DNA of 64,000 nt, taken from contig OX597826.1 of NCBI GenBank assembly GCA_951406725.2, positions 53,692,001-53,756,000 of the forward strand, given 5' to 3'. Under the pieces are notes generated by a model that was not told the origin of the DNA, made no database searches, and worked only from the letters and a program-made list of their open reading frames with translations. Shown here one piece after another: positions 26,523-39,251 of this stretch. Each line of letters begins with the position of its first letter. The first letter of the stretch is position 1. This DNA is from Octopus vulgaris. Its lineage: Eukaryota. The translations under genes and the position numbers were made by a program.

Positions 26523-27589
26523 ATTATATGCAGTTAGTTGAACAAACATGTACTCCACTGAAGAAACACTGTATTATAGCAGCAAGACCGTTAAGTATTA
26601 ATATTAATACAGTGCATTATTTTAATACAACAACAGAAATTAGTATATATTTGCAATGATAATAAAGCACACAAAAATCCTTTAATGTAGTCACAGCATT
26701 TTTTCCTTTTTCTTCTCTTTTTTTTTTTGTAGTTAAATATATTAAATACTATATAATAAAACAACTTGATTGGTACACAGAGGAAATCAGAGATAAAAAT
26801 CTATTACACAAAGATGACATCAAAATAATATTTTCAAATAGTATTTTATTAATTTGAAAACAGCAAACCATCAGATAAGGAAAATGTCTCAATTATATGA
26901 TGGCTAAACCAAAAAACACACATATATATATAAAAATACAACAAAAAAACTTTCAATTATTTCTTTTTTTTTTTTTTTATTTGACAGACTTCAGACAGTT
27001 TAATCACATGTTACTAACAACAATAAATATCATATCTTGAGTTTTTACGCTACACATTTAGAATCTGAGGTTAGATATGAAAGTAGCATTATTATCTTGA
27101 ACTGTTAAGTCAAAGTGGTACATATATATATATATACATGCACACACACACACATATATAATATATACACACATATAGAAATACACACACACACACACAC
27201 ATATAGCAATGTGGTTTACATAGTATGAAAAACATGATGGATTAAACTCATAATATGAAAAAAAAAAAAAATGAGAAAAAAATCATAAAATGTTTTATTA
27301 AATTAACCATATTAATCTGACATAAACCTGCCATTCTACCAGCCTAAGACAGTTGCAGACATTCCTCTTTAGATTCAGAATATTTCAATTATAAGTTTAA
27401 CTGTTGTTTGTTGCAAAGCCATTTCATCATAAAAAGGCATAAGATATACTTCATATTTGATATATACATATATGTCTAGACACAAAATTGCCGGTTGAAA
27501 CAGAGATATTTCTGACTTTAAGATGCAGAAAATATTAGTATTCTCTAAAAAAACAAATGTTACAAATAATACTGGAGCTATTTAATTAA

Positions 27590-27644
<55 letters not shown>

Positions 27645-27660
27645 AAAAAAAAAAAAAAAA

Positions 27661-27862
27661 AGCACCATCCGAACGTGGCCGATGCCATACCTGTGCAGGT
27701 GGCACGTAAAACACCCACTACACTATGGTTGGCGTTATATCCAGCTGTAGAAACACTGCCAGACTAGACTGGAGCCTGGGGCAGTCCCTGGCTCCCCAGA
27801 CCCTAAACCGTCCAACCCGTGCTATAAAACGGACGTTAAACGATGATGATGATGATGATGAT
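27661..27862 (+). mobile_element. RTE-LINE 3' end (family C)
   Basis: Family-C core with small deletions and (GAT)n tail. Confidence 0.8.
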
Positions 27863-28376
27863 ATACACATACATATATATATATATATATATATTTCACT
27901 CATGATGCAAAAATCTCAGGCAACTGAAAAAAGCATGCATGCATTCAGTCACCAGAGTTTAGATTAGATAACTTTTTTTTTTTTTCTAAAAAAAGATCTT
28001 ATATGAAGTTCCATCAACACTGATGCAGCTAAAGTCTTTATGCTTAGACATTTTTGAGTAGACACATATGACACTATTTCTGTTTAGAAAGTATCTCGGT
28101 GCAAAGGTGACAGGAGATCAATGAAGTCACAGTAAAACTAATATACTAAAGTTGCTTTAATGTGTGCAACCTTGCCACCTTGAGAGAAAGATGAGAGACT
28201 TTTACAGTTAAACTGAAAAACATTTTTGGATTTCTTTGCATAGACCAAACTTAATTTAATAAAACCAATACCAAATAATGGTGTTTGGAAATGAAATTTC
28301 AGTCCATCTTTTAAGAAGACTTATTATATATATATATTTCTTTATCTACTTCTTTCTTTCCTTACTTCCCACTTGC

Positions 28377-28413
<37 letters not shown>

Positions 28414-28424
28414 ATGTGTATATA

Positions 28425-28476
<52 letters not shown>

Positions 28477-29133
28477 CATACACATATATGTATGTATGTA
28501 TGTATGAATATATATACACACACATACACACATGCAAAGACACAGACATTAATCAAAATATATAGTCTTGCTGATCCATTAAAGCTGATCTTACTGGGGA
28601 TTAAAATTGGTTGACAGATAACAGGCCAGTTAAGTAATGCCATGTGCTCTTCAGAGAAGGTAGGTATGGAGAAAACTAACAACTGGTTTTAATATCCAAT
28701 GTGAAACTGGTAAGATTGGCTGTAAGGGATTTGTAATACTGTATTTGTTGATCAATGCAGCCATCCTATTGATATTTTTCCAGTTATATATTTGGAAACA
28801 TGATTTTTTTCTACTATGAGGTTATCTGAAATACTTTGGGGTTTCTGTAAACAAACTCTAAACACTCCAGAAATTGAAGAATAATATTTAACATTAAAAT
28901 AGAGAATTTTAGCTAAATGCACAATATACTGTCAAAGAATACTATCTAAAAAAGGCTCGATTCTAAGAAGCTGAAAAAATAAAATGAACAGGGGATGTTA
29001 TAATTCACAATAAGTTCAAAGTAATTTCCAGTCTAAGGATAAATATAGCTCACAGAAAATTTTATTTATCTTTCTTATTGTAAAAGTTATTCAAGTTTTA
29101 AAATGGGAAGTGGATTTGTGCTATATCCTGCTG

Positions 29134-29188
<55 letters not shown>

Positions 29189-29284
29189 CATGAATGAATG
29201 CATGTATGCATGTATATGTATGTGTTTATGTATGGCTAAAGCATATAGGATGACAAGGAGAAGTAGAACTTTCGACAAGGGAAC

Positions 29285-29705
29285 CTGATGCACTCTTAGG
29301 GGTGGGGTGTCTGCTTTAGGTTCCACCTTACACTCAGCTCTTACCTGTGGCTCCAAGTAACTGTCTATGCAATAGTGGCCACACCCCAATAAAATGCTCT
29401 GAGTGGCAGGCTATACCAGGTAAGGTGGCCAATGGGTATGTAACTCTTAGTGAGTTAGGGCGGGCTTGTCTAGCTGTGCATATAAAGGCTGGATCTTGCA
29501 GACTCAACAGAAGAAATCTTCATGGTTTAACAAAGGAAGGTGACTGCAGCAACATAGTGAGGAGCATAAAGAGCAAGATGAGGCAACCAAGACATATTGG
29601 TCGTTCACTGTATCTATTTCTATCCCCAGTCACCTTGACCTACTCTTGCCACTGGACTGAAGACGGTCTTGGCCAAGAAAGTGAGGTTGACAATGTGCAA
29701 CTCTT
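29285..29705 (+). mobile_element. Probable RTE/BovB-like LINE 5' UTR fragment
   Basis: GC-richer block with ACCTGTGGCTCC...CCACTGGACTG...GAAAGTGAGGTTGAC motifs that I recall from RTE 5' UTRs; from memory only. Confidence 0.4.
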
Positions 29706-29716
29706 CTCTATTTTAA

Positions 29717-29935
29717 TCCTTTAGCATATAAACTGGCCATATCCAAGCTAAATATTCTTCCTGCTTTCTGTTCAAACCAGCAAGATCAGGCCCCTCACAC
29801 CTACCGTACAATGTCATTCTAAAAACAAGCAACTCCATCATCATAATCGTGAAGCTATGAGATAATTCAAGATTAAATTAAGACAATGTGAACCAGTAAG
29901 CATTAGATTTGACACAAAGTCTGAATGCTAAACAG
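29717..29935. mobile_element. TTAA-flanked (piggyBac-type) MITE
   Basis: TTAA-TCCTTTAGCAT ... ATGCTAAACAG-TTAA; TTAA at 29713-29716 and 29936-29939. Confidence 0.65.
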
Positions 29936-29974
29936 TTAAATAATGTCATTAGTTATCTTTCAGAAATAGCGCAG

Positions 29975-30116
29975 TTCAAATTTTCATTCGCCTAAACTTT
30001 AAGTGACCCATTTTTGGTGGTTCTACGATTTGTTGGCTAGGAGGTGATGTGCTGGGAAGTTAAACACACAGACAGACACACACACAGATACACAAGTTGA
30101 GTTTTATATATATAGA
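29975..30116 (-). mobile_element. Non-autonomous Helitron-like 5' end fragment
   Basis: Minus strand A|TCTATATATATAAAACTCAACTTGTG...GTCTGTCTG, same style as the 5' end at 38507. Confidence 0.5.
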
Positions 30117-30380
30117 TATAAATTAATGGTAAAATATCTCTTTACCTTCACCCATTTAATACACTAGGTAATGTAATTGCAATGCAATAAAAAACACTTG
30201 TGTATTAATAATTGGGTATTCTACCATCAGTATATTGGATAGATATTATCCCTTAGTGGGTTAGACTCACAACCCCTAACTTTGTTGGAATATATCATCA
30301 TCATCATATATATATATATATATATATCAGAAATATTAAATTTCTAAATGTCTCAAAGAGACATGAGTGGTGGTGGAGCG

Positions 30381-30723
30381 ATAGAGTGGTTGTATACAGT
30401 CAACTTAATGTGACAGTCCCGTATGGGAATTACACCACCGCTGTTTAGCCCTAGGAAGCATCGAACGCTACCTGTCAGCTTTGACACATTTTCTGTGTCC
30501 TTATATTTGTGAATGGGAGGCAAGCACCCCCACCAGCCAAGATTCACACCTGAGGACTGAATCTTGGCTGGTGGGGGTGCTTGCCTCCCATTCACAAATA
30601 TAAGGACACAGAAAATGTGTCAAAGCTGACAGGAAGCGCTTGATGCTTCCTAGAGCTAAACAACAGTGGTGTAATTCCTATACGGGACTGTCACGTTAAG
30701 TTGACAGTATACAACCACTCTAT
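30381..30723. repeat. Long palindrome: 166-bp arms, 11-nt spacer
   Basis: 30381-30546 is the reverse complement of 30558-30723; inner 76 bp perfect. Confidence 0.95.
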
Positions 30724-30893
30724 ATATATATATAGATAGATAGATATAATACACACATATATATTCACACACAAACATACAACATATATGTGTGTATGTA
30801 TGTATATGTGTGTGTGTATATATATTGTTTGACTGAGGTACAAAATAGATACAAATAAATTTTCAATACAATTTTGCTTTATCATATACATGA

Positions 30894-30926
<33 letters not shown>

Positions 30927-31100
30927 CCCATTTGTTTTGACATTGTGCATGCACTTTAGTATAGAATGTCGCCAGTTAGATGGCAACAAAAAAAAAAAGA
31001 AAAAGGCATCGAGCTATAGGACATTGCTTCGATGAGTTTCCTTCCACTCAAACAAGCACTCCAAAACCATGAACAATGTCATACATACATACACACACAC

Positions 31101-31142
<42 letters not shown>

Positions 31143-31198
31143 TATATATATATATATATATATATGTTTGTTTATATATATGTTTGTATGCATATATT

Positions 31199-31265
<67 letters not shown>

Positions 31266-31274
31266 ATGATGATG

Positions 31275-31305
<31 letters not shown>

Positions 31306-31366
31306 AATATATGCATGCAAAAGTTACATGTAAACAAACAAACATAAATATATATATATATATATA

Positions 31367-31403
<37 letters not shown>

Positions 31404-31422
31404 TATTATCAAAGATTTTATG

Positions 31423-31565
31423 TATATAATTATAAAAATATAATTATAGTTAAGAGCTACTGGAAATGACCATTGAGACAGGGGATTGTAGGTATTTGAC
31501 ATCTACTTCTAGCATTGGTGATGGTCATTTCCAGTAGCCCTTAACTATAATTATATTTTTATAAT

Positions 31566-31571
<6 letters not shown>
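31423..31571. repeat. Inverted repeat, 51-bp arms, 47-nt spacer
   Basis: ...TAGTTAAGAGCTACTGGAAATGACCAT / ATGGTCATTTCCAGTAGCCCTTAACTA... Confidence 0.9.
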
Positions 31572-31606
<35 letters not shown>

Positions 31607-31776
31607 ACATGCACACACACTCACACACATGCACATACATACATATCTGTTATTCTTTTATCCTTTTATTTATTACATTTAATTTAGGAAAATTTTTTTT
31701 GCAAATACTGAGACTCAATCAAGAATGTTTTCTAAAAATCTTCTTTATATATAACACACGTGCACTCACACACATT

Positions 31777-31815
<39 letters not shown>

Positions 31816-32932
31816 CCCACTATCATTCCATCTCTCTCTCTCTCCCTCTCTCTGTAGCTTCAACAACCAAAAAATTTATTTACACAAGTAATCTGCCATG
31901 TCAGCAATAACAGCGCATATAGATAACTTATAATTCATCATTTTATCAACAAACCACAACAAAGTGACTGCCATACTTTGGTTAAGTGAATAATCATTAT
32001 CTCCGTAACTTCATATTAATATCATCATCATCGCCGCTGCTATTATTATTATGCACACACACACTCAAAGCTCAGATATCCTTCACAAGCAAGTAAAACC
32101 TGGTAGCTTGTATGATGCTTTTGCTAATTGTTTTAGATGCCTATGCAGCTACAAGAGGAAACAAATACCTTCTCAACTCACTTGCTCTCGACTCAGAGGA
32201 GCATTGATGATGTGATAGCTGGGGAGAGAGAGAGAGAGAAAGAGAGAGTGGGTAGCACCAGCAGTTGGTTGGTAGTCATTTTCAGGTGAAGCAATGCGCA
32301 TGCACACAACATACCACCTAGCCCAGGAATAGAACCTGCAATGCTTCCATATAACTCAGGTGTACTCCCCTCTCACTGACACATCTTCACTATCTTCTCA
32401 CTCTTCTCTCTAACTCTCTACTCTATCTCTACATGAGGTAAGCCATGCTTCTCCTCTATAGCAAAACACCTTCTTTTTGGTCCCTCCCATTTCAGTTAAG
32501 GGGTCTTGTCTTGCAAGTTACTTGATGACCTCACTGCTGCTCATGCCATATAAAAAGCAGTGAATACTCTGTAAAGTGGTTTGGATCAGGAAGGGTACCC
32601 AACCATAAAAACCATGCCAAAGTAGATAGCAAAGCTTGGTGCAGTATTCTGACTTATCAGTTCCTGATAAGCAGGATGAGTTAAAACTAGTGGATCTCTC
32701 ATAGCATAAACGGTTAGACATTCACTACACAGATACCATGAACAATATCTGAATACAAATAGGATATGACAACTTGCTAGGAATGCAAGTACAAGAACCA
32801 ACAATAGGAAATTTACAAGCCTAATAAAAGAATACATACCATCACCAACCTCACCAACCATCTCACCCTACTATAATCCCGAACTACATCATCATAATGC
32901 ATCCTTAATCACTCCTATTCTAGGATATTTCT

Positions 32933-33160
32933 TATTTCTTTATTGTCCACAAGGGGCTAAACATAGAGGGGACAAACAAGGACAGACAAAGGGATTAAGT
33001 CGATTACACTGACCCCAGAGCGTAACTGGTACTTAATTTATCGATCCCGAAAGGATGAAAAGCAAAGTCGACCTCGGCGGAATTTGAACTCAGAACGTAA
33101 CGGCAGAGGAAACACTGCTAAGCACTTCAACTGGCACTCCAACGCCTCTGCCAGCTTGCC
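32933..33160 (-). mobile_element. SINE-B
   Basis: 17-bp TSD TATTCTAGGATATTTCT at 32916-32932 and 33171-33187. Confidence 0.9.
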
Positions 33161-33324
33161 TGTATAGAAATATTCTAGGATATTTCTATACAGATTGCAC
33201 TATTGGTAGACAATATCCCCTCACAACTAAGCTCTCTTTACTTTCTAAACCCATATCAACTCATCCATGCACATCAACAAGTTAAATGATGATGATGGTG
33301 ATGATATGAATATATGTATATTGC

Positions 33325-33655
33325 CTGGCCCCCATGCCGGTGGCATGTAAAAGGCTCCATCCGATCGTGGCCGTTGCCAGCCTCGCCTGGCCCCCGTGCC
33401 GGTGGCATGTAAAAAGCACCATTCGACCGTGATCGTTTGACAACCCCGTCTGGCACCTGTGCCGGTGGCATGTAAAAAGCACCCACTACACTCACGGAGT
33501 AGTTGGCGTTAGGAAGGGCATCCAGCTGTAGAAACATTGCCAGATCAGACTGGGCCTGGTGCAGCCTTCTGGCTTCCCAGACCCCAGTTGAACCGTCCAA
33601 CCCATGCTAGCATGGAAAGCGGACGCTAAAATGATGATGATGATGATGACGATGA
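33325..33655 (+). mobile_element. RTE-LINE 3' end (family C) with 3 internal units
   Basis: TGCCGGTGGCATGTAAAA three times, then core and (GAT)n. Confidence 0.9.
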
Positions 33656-33930
33656 TATACATACACATATACACATGCACACAAAACAAAAAAAAATTGT
33701 TGAGGTACACTATATGCTCTTCATTGCAACCAACCCTCTTTCTTGTGGGTTTTAAACATGATCAGCACATTTGCTAGACATGCTTCTGTATAAGATGTCA
33801 AATGAACTACACTATTCATATTATATAACAGTAACATTTGTTTGCAATTAGTGCATATGTGCATATTGTTAAGATAGGGAAACACAACCATACACGGACA
33901 CATATGCAAGGCAGGGTTCTCTCAGTTTCT

Positions 33931-34125
33931 TATTTCTTTATTGCCCATAAGGGGCTAAACATAGAGGGGACAAACAAGGAGAGACAAAGAGATTAGGTCA
34001 ATTACATCGACCCCAGTGCGTAACTGGTACTTAATTTATCGACCCCGAAAGGATGAAAGGCAAAGTCGACCTTGGCGGAATTTGAACTCAGAGCGTAATG
34101 TTTCTGCCAGCTCGCTGCCTTAGGC
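33931..34125 (-). mobile_element. SINE-B inserted into an older SINE-A
   Basis: 14-bp TSD TTCTCTCAGTTTCT at 33917-33930 and 34126-34139. Confidence 0.85.
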
Positions 34126-34271
34126 TTCTCTCAGTTTCTATTTACCAAATCTACTCACAAAGTTTGGTGGGTCTGAGACTATGATAGAAAATACTTTCCC
34201 ATAGTGCCAAGTAGGGGTACCGAAACTTGAAATTACATGACTGTCAAGTGACTTCTTAATCACAACAAGTA

Positions 34272-34650
34272 TACTCTTTTACTCTCTTTTACTTGTTTCA
34301 GTCATTTGACTGCAGCCATGCTGGAGCACCGCCTTTAATTGAGCAACTCAACCCCAGGACTTATTCTATCGGTCTCTTTTGCCGAACCACTAAGTAACGG
34401 GGACATAAACACACCAGCATCGGTTGTCAAGCAATGCTAGGGGGACAAACACAGACACACAAACACACATATATATATACATATATACGATGGGCTTCTT
34501 TCAGTTTCTGTCTACCAAATCCACTTACAAGGCTTTGGTCGGCCCGAGGCTATAGTAGAAGACACTTGCCCAAGGTGCCACACAGTGGGACTGAACTCGG
34601 AACCATGTGGTTGGTAAACAAGCTACTTACCACACAGCCACTCCTGCGCC
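34272..34650 (-). mobile_element. Full-length SINE-A
   Basis: Reverse complement of GCAGGAGTGGCTGTGTGGTAAGTAGCTTG...GTTCAGTCCCACTG...TGACTGAAACAAGTAAAAGAG. Confidence 0.9.
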
Positions 34651-35237
34651 TATATCATTATCATTAACATCATTTTACATCTGTCTACCATACTGGTATG
34701 TGTTGGATGGTTTGAATAGAGCCAGCCATGTAGAAGACTACACCAGGCTACTGTGTCTGTTTTGCCCTGGTTTTTACGGCTCAATGCCCTTTCTAACACC
34801 AACAACCCTGTAGAGTGGACTGAGTACTTTTTACATGGCACCAGCACCGGCAAGGTCAATTTTGGCATGATTTATATTGCTGGCTGCCCTTCCAAATGCC
34901 AATCACTTCACAGTGTAGACTGGATGCTTTTTATGTGGCACAAGTTTTTATATATGTCTCTTCTCTATTATCCATATTGTCAAGGATGCTGCATCAAAAT
35001 GACTGTTATGCATCATTTAGTGAAGAATCAGGATCTCAGTCACTTTATCATTATTAAGCATTTTATTTCATTGTTAGAAACTACAGTAGTACACGCACAC
35101 ACACACACGTTTCATCAAGAGTGCTATGCACAAAACTCGGCCTTTGGGCTACTTTTGTAGCTTTCTACTGATTAAAAGTAATAAAAAAGTATGTATATAT
35201 AAATAGTCACATATTGAGTTCTGTGTATCCTGTCTTT

Positions 35238-35515
35238 GCTACGAAGCCTTTATGTGTGTGTGTATACACACAGACATAGTAAGACAATGTGCAAGCTTGA
35301 TTTCGTTACAGGAACGGTCTCTCACCTTTCTTCCCTTTCTCTCTCTCTCTCTCTCTCTCTCTTTCTTCTATTTCCATGTCCCTGCTGCTTCATCAACTGA
35401 AAAATTCATTTTCTCAAGGAAATCACTCAGAAGTAACTGCTATATTTCAGCTAAGGCCATAATCTTTATTTCTGCCACTTTATCATCATCATCATCATCA
35501 TCATTATTATTATTA

Positions 35516-35564
<49 letters not shown>

Positions 35565-35796
35565 CATTATTATTATTATTATTATTATTAAGGGCCATTA
35601 TTCACTGCAAGAAATTACCTCTATGTTCTGAACAACCAAGCAATGCAGAAACACAATTTTATATATGATATATATATATATATATATGATATATATATAT
35701 ATATATATATATATGTGTATATATATATATCTATATCTATATATCTATATCTATATATCTATATCTATATATCTATATCTATATATCTATATCTAT

Positions 35797-35827
<31 letters not shown>

Positions 35828-36450
35828 CATACATACACACACACATATATATGTATTTATGCATATATGTGATCGGATCAATAAGTATCCGGACTGTTGC
35901 CATAGTAACGAAGCTAAGGCGCACAGAGTAAAGCCGCTTAGCAGATATTGACCTTGACCTCTGTTGTGCATGCACACTAAGTTTTAACGTTCTAGCTCAC
36001 TCCTGCTGTTTGCAGCAGTGCTTCAAAGGAAGATGTGTAGTGGTGTGATCATCGCTATGAAGCCTTTATGTGTGTATGCATACACGCAGACATAAGACAA
36101 CGTGCAAACTTGATTTTGTTACAGGAATGATCTCTCATATTTCTTCCCTTTGTCTCTCTCTCTCTTTCTTCTCTTTCTTTCTTCCTGCTACTTAATCAAC
36201 TGAAAAATTCATTTTCTCAAGGAAATCACTCAGAAGTAACTGCTATATTTCAGCTAAGTTCATAATCTTTATTTCTGCCACTTTATCATCATCATCCTTA
36301 TCATTATCATTATTATTATCATTATTATTATTATTATTATTATTACTTTATTAAGGGCCGTTCTTGACTACAAGAAACGACCTCTATGTTCTGAACAACC
36401 GGGCAATGCAGAAACACAATTTTATATATGATATATGATATATATATATA
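35238..36450 (+). repeat. Local direct duplication (~400-440 bp): 35238-~35680 and 36054-~36450
   Basis: GCTA(C/T)GAAGCCTTTATGTG...ATCAACTGAAAAATTCATTTTCTCAAGGAAATCACTCAGAAGTAACTGC...GCAATGCAGAAACACAATTTTATATATG in both. Confidence 0.9.
35866..36053 (+). mobile_element. Probable mariner-family terminal fragment
   Basis: Begins TA...GGATCAATAAGTATCCGGACT, resembling mariner TIR style; no partner TIR seen. Confidence 0.4.
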
Positions 36451-38402
36451 TATATATATATGTGGTGTACAAAACAAACAGATGTATTAGTATAACGGTC
36501 AGGAATAGAAAAAGTCTTTTATGTTTCGAGTTTACACACTTCTACAGAAAGGGATACAGAAAAAAACAAGGAGAGAAAATATATATATATATATATACAC
36601 ACATACATATATATGTATATGTACATATGTATGTATGTATGTGTGTATGTATGTATATATATATATATATACATACATTCGATCACAGCACCAGTAACAG
36701 TTAAGCTTCGTGCAATGGCCATACTCGATAACGAGGGGGCAGCCATAAAATATATATATATATATATATATATGTATACACACACACACATTCATGAAAA
36801 GTATATAGATGTACATGTATATGCATATATATGAGTGTATGCATATTTGTGTTTGTGTCTTCCTCAGTTTTAGCTACATCAGCTGCAAAACTCATTTAAA
36901 CAGGTAATCCATCATGTTAGCAATTTAGGCTCTGATACATGGCATATTCTTCTTCATGTTCTCAAGCGATCCACAACAAAGTGATTGCCATGTTTCATCT
37001 CTGCAATTATCATTATCTCTTTCCTAGTGGATTGGCAGCATAATTAGAGTATGGAGCAAAACTTTTATTGATATTTGCCCTAATTCTTTACAATCTAAGC
37101 TCAAACTCTGATGAGGTCACCTTTACTTGTCATCTGAACTGGATTGATAAACTAAAGTGCAATTTATGTACAGGGATCGATTTAACTGACTGACCTCCTT
37201 CTCTCAAGTTTGTGGCCTTGTGGCAGCGTGAAGATTGATTATTATGAATGGTAAAGACTGTTACATGACATTGAGATCACATGCAAATACAACACATCAA
37301 AGGGATCACTGCTTCTGGTCTCCATATTACAGAATCTATTATGACAAGGATGAAGTTGCTTCACTCAGCTTGCAAGCTTTCTTCTACAATGTACCACAAA
37401 AATTCCTTCTGTCAACTTCCTCTCATACTACTACTACATTACTATGCAACTATGTGAAGGTGCATGACCTTGTGGTTAGGGTGTTTCACTAGCAATTGTA
37501 AGAACATGGTTTCAATTCTTGGTTTGGGTGGCATGTTGTGTTCTTTGAGCAAAAACACTTAACTCATATATGCCCATAAAAATCTTCACTGTATTTAGAT
37601 TAAACATTAGGAGGGGTATCCAGCTGTAGAAACACTGCCAGATCAGACTGGGCCTGGCGCAGCCTACTGGCTTCCCAGACCCCAGTTGAACCGTCCAACC
37701 CATGCTAGCATGGAAAAAGGACATTAAACGATGATGATGATGATGATGATGATGATGTTATGGTAAGCTTTTCACAATCTGGAGGAGAAGGACGGTATGC
37801 AACTGTTAGCTACAAGTGTCGACTATCTACTGAACATTTTGTATGCTCAGTCAGATGTTTCCCAGCGAGTTCATATCCACGCAAGTTAAAGCAGGTTTTG
37901 CATTGCGAAAACACAACCAGAGGTATATACGGGTTAATTTCACCTTGCATGAGTCCACTCAGCTGTAAATGAGTTCTAGTAATAACTGGGAAGTTTGTCC
38001 TATGACAGATGAGTGTCCCATTCACTAGAGACTGGTAACCTCAGTCACTAATACACTATAGGAACTGGGCAAAGCCTTGAGAGTCTTACGTAAAGGTTTA
38101 TGACAAAAAAGGGGTAAAAAAATATCTGTCAATGGTTACAGCATATGGAGTGAAAAAGAGAACAAGGCTCTTGGAGTTCTATGATGTAGATATCCTAAAT
38201 ATTTATGACACAAACTTCAGGTAACAGGCTATCTCTGAAGTAGATGAACGAGTGGCTAACATTCAAGCCAAATAGACTTCATACTCACTAAGGAATGGGG
38301 TATAGTTGTAGATAATGAGATATTCCCTGCTGAAGACTGTAGTACTCAATACAGACTAGTAATTAATGACATCTGTAAAAGAGTTACACGATTACATTAA
38401 TG

Positions 38403-39127
38403 CAGGGGTTCTCAACCATGTTTTACCTATGGACCCCTTTTGATTACTATTTTATTCTGGTGGACCCCTACAGCCATTCGATGTTTAAAAACTAGTTTTA
38501 TAGAAATCTTTATATATAAAAGTGAAGTTGTGTGTCTGTCTCCTACGATTTAGATTCCTAACTACTTCCACATTTTGCGGTGCAGTTTAACCAAAACCGG
38601 GTATCTTATAGTCGTGATTCATATCGAGCCCTTCTGGGTATTAGCGCGCGTCTACGATGAGTCTACGATTTAAAAAAAAAATTTACCACCATTTTTTTCC
38701 ATTTTGATGCATTTTTTCGCTATTATATAAGGGAAGTAACTCTCTAAAAATGTCTACGATGAGTCAACGATTTAAAAAAAAATTTACCATAATTTTTTTT
38801 TCCATTTTTAATGCATTTTTTTTGCTATTTTTTGGCTATAACTCTCTAAAAATGCTTATATAGTTATTTCCCTTACAAACCCGAGCAACGCTGGGCGATA
38901 CTGCTAGTTTCTTTTAAAATTCCTATTTTGTTTTTTGCACATAAACTTGTTCAGGTTGAACAATGTAAAATATTAGAGAATGAAACCTATCCGTTTCTTG
39001 CAATACATACCAATACATACATCTAAAGCAAAATTTTTTCCAGGGCCCCTTAAAATAGATTCTTGATTTACTATGTTGTTGTATGGGCTTCCAAAAATCT
39101 TATATGAACCTTTGTTGAGAACCACTG
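38403..39127. mobile_element. hAT-type MITE
   Basis: TIRs CAGGGGTTCTCAAC / GTTGAGAACCACTG; perfect 8-bp TSD CATTAATG at 38395-38402 and 39128-39135. Confidence 0.9.
38507..38907 (+). mobile_element. Non-autonomous Helitron
   Basis: 5' TC, subterminal hairpin CCCGAGCAACGCTGGG, 3' CTAG, inserted between A and T with no TSD; internal duplication of GTCTACGATGAGTC...AATTTACC. Confidence 0.85.
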
Positions 39128-39251
39128 CATTAATGCAAGGCAATCTGGAAAAGAGAACTATGGAAGCTGAAAGATCCTTTGGTTAGATACAGGTTCAAAG
39201 AAGTACAAATAAATGTAAGTATTCTTGAACTTCTCAAGTATTTTTTGAAGA

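Larger units (their letters stand above)
38140..39230 (+). pseudogene. RTE-LINE AP-endonuclease remnant, interrupted
   Basis: TRLLEFY...NIYDTNFR*, SQIDFILTK, IFPAEDCSTQYRLVIND (~38160-38370); resumes after the insertion as LWKLKDPLVRYRFKE (~39155-39205). Confidence 0.75.

Noticed and set aside
31014-31502. YIYIYI- and HTHT-type ORFs here and throughout
   Set aside because: Translations of (TA)n, (CA)n and (AAT)n.
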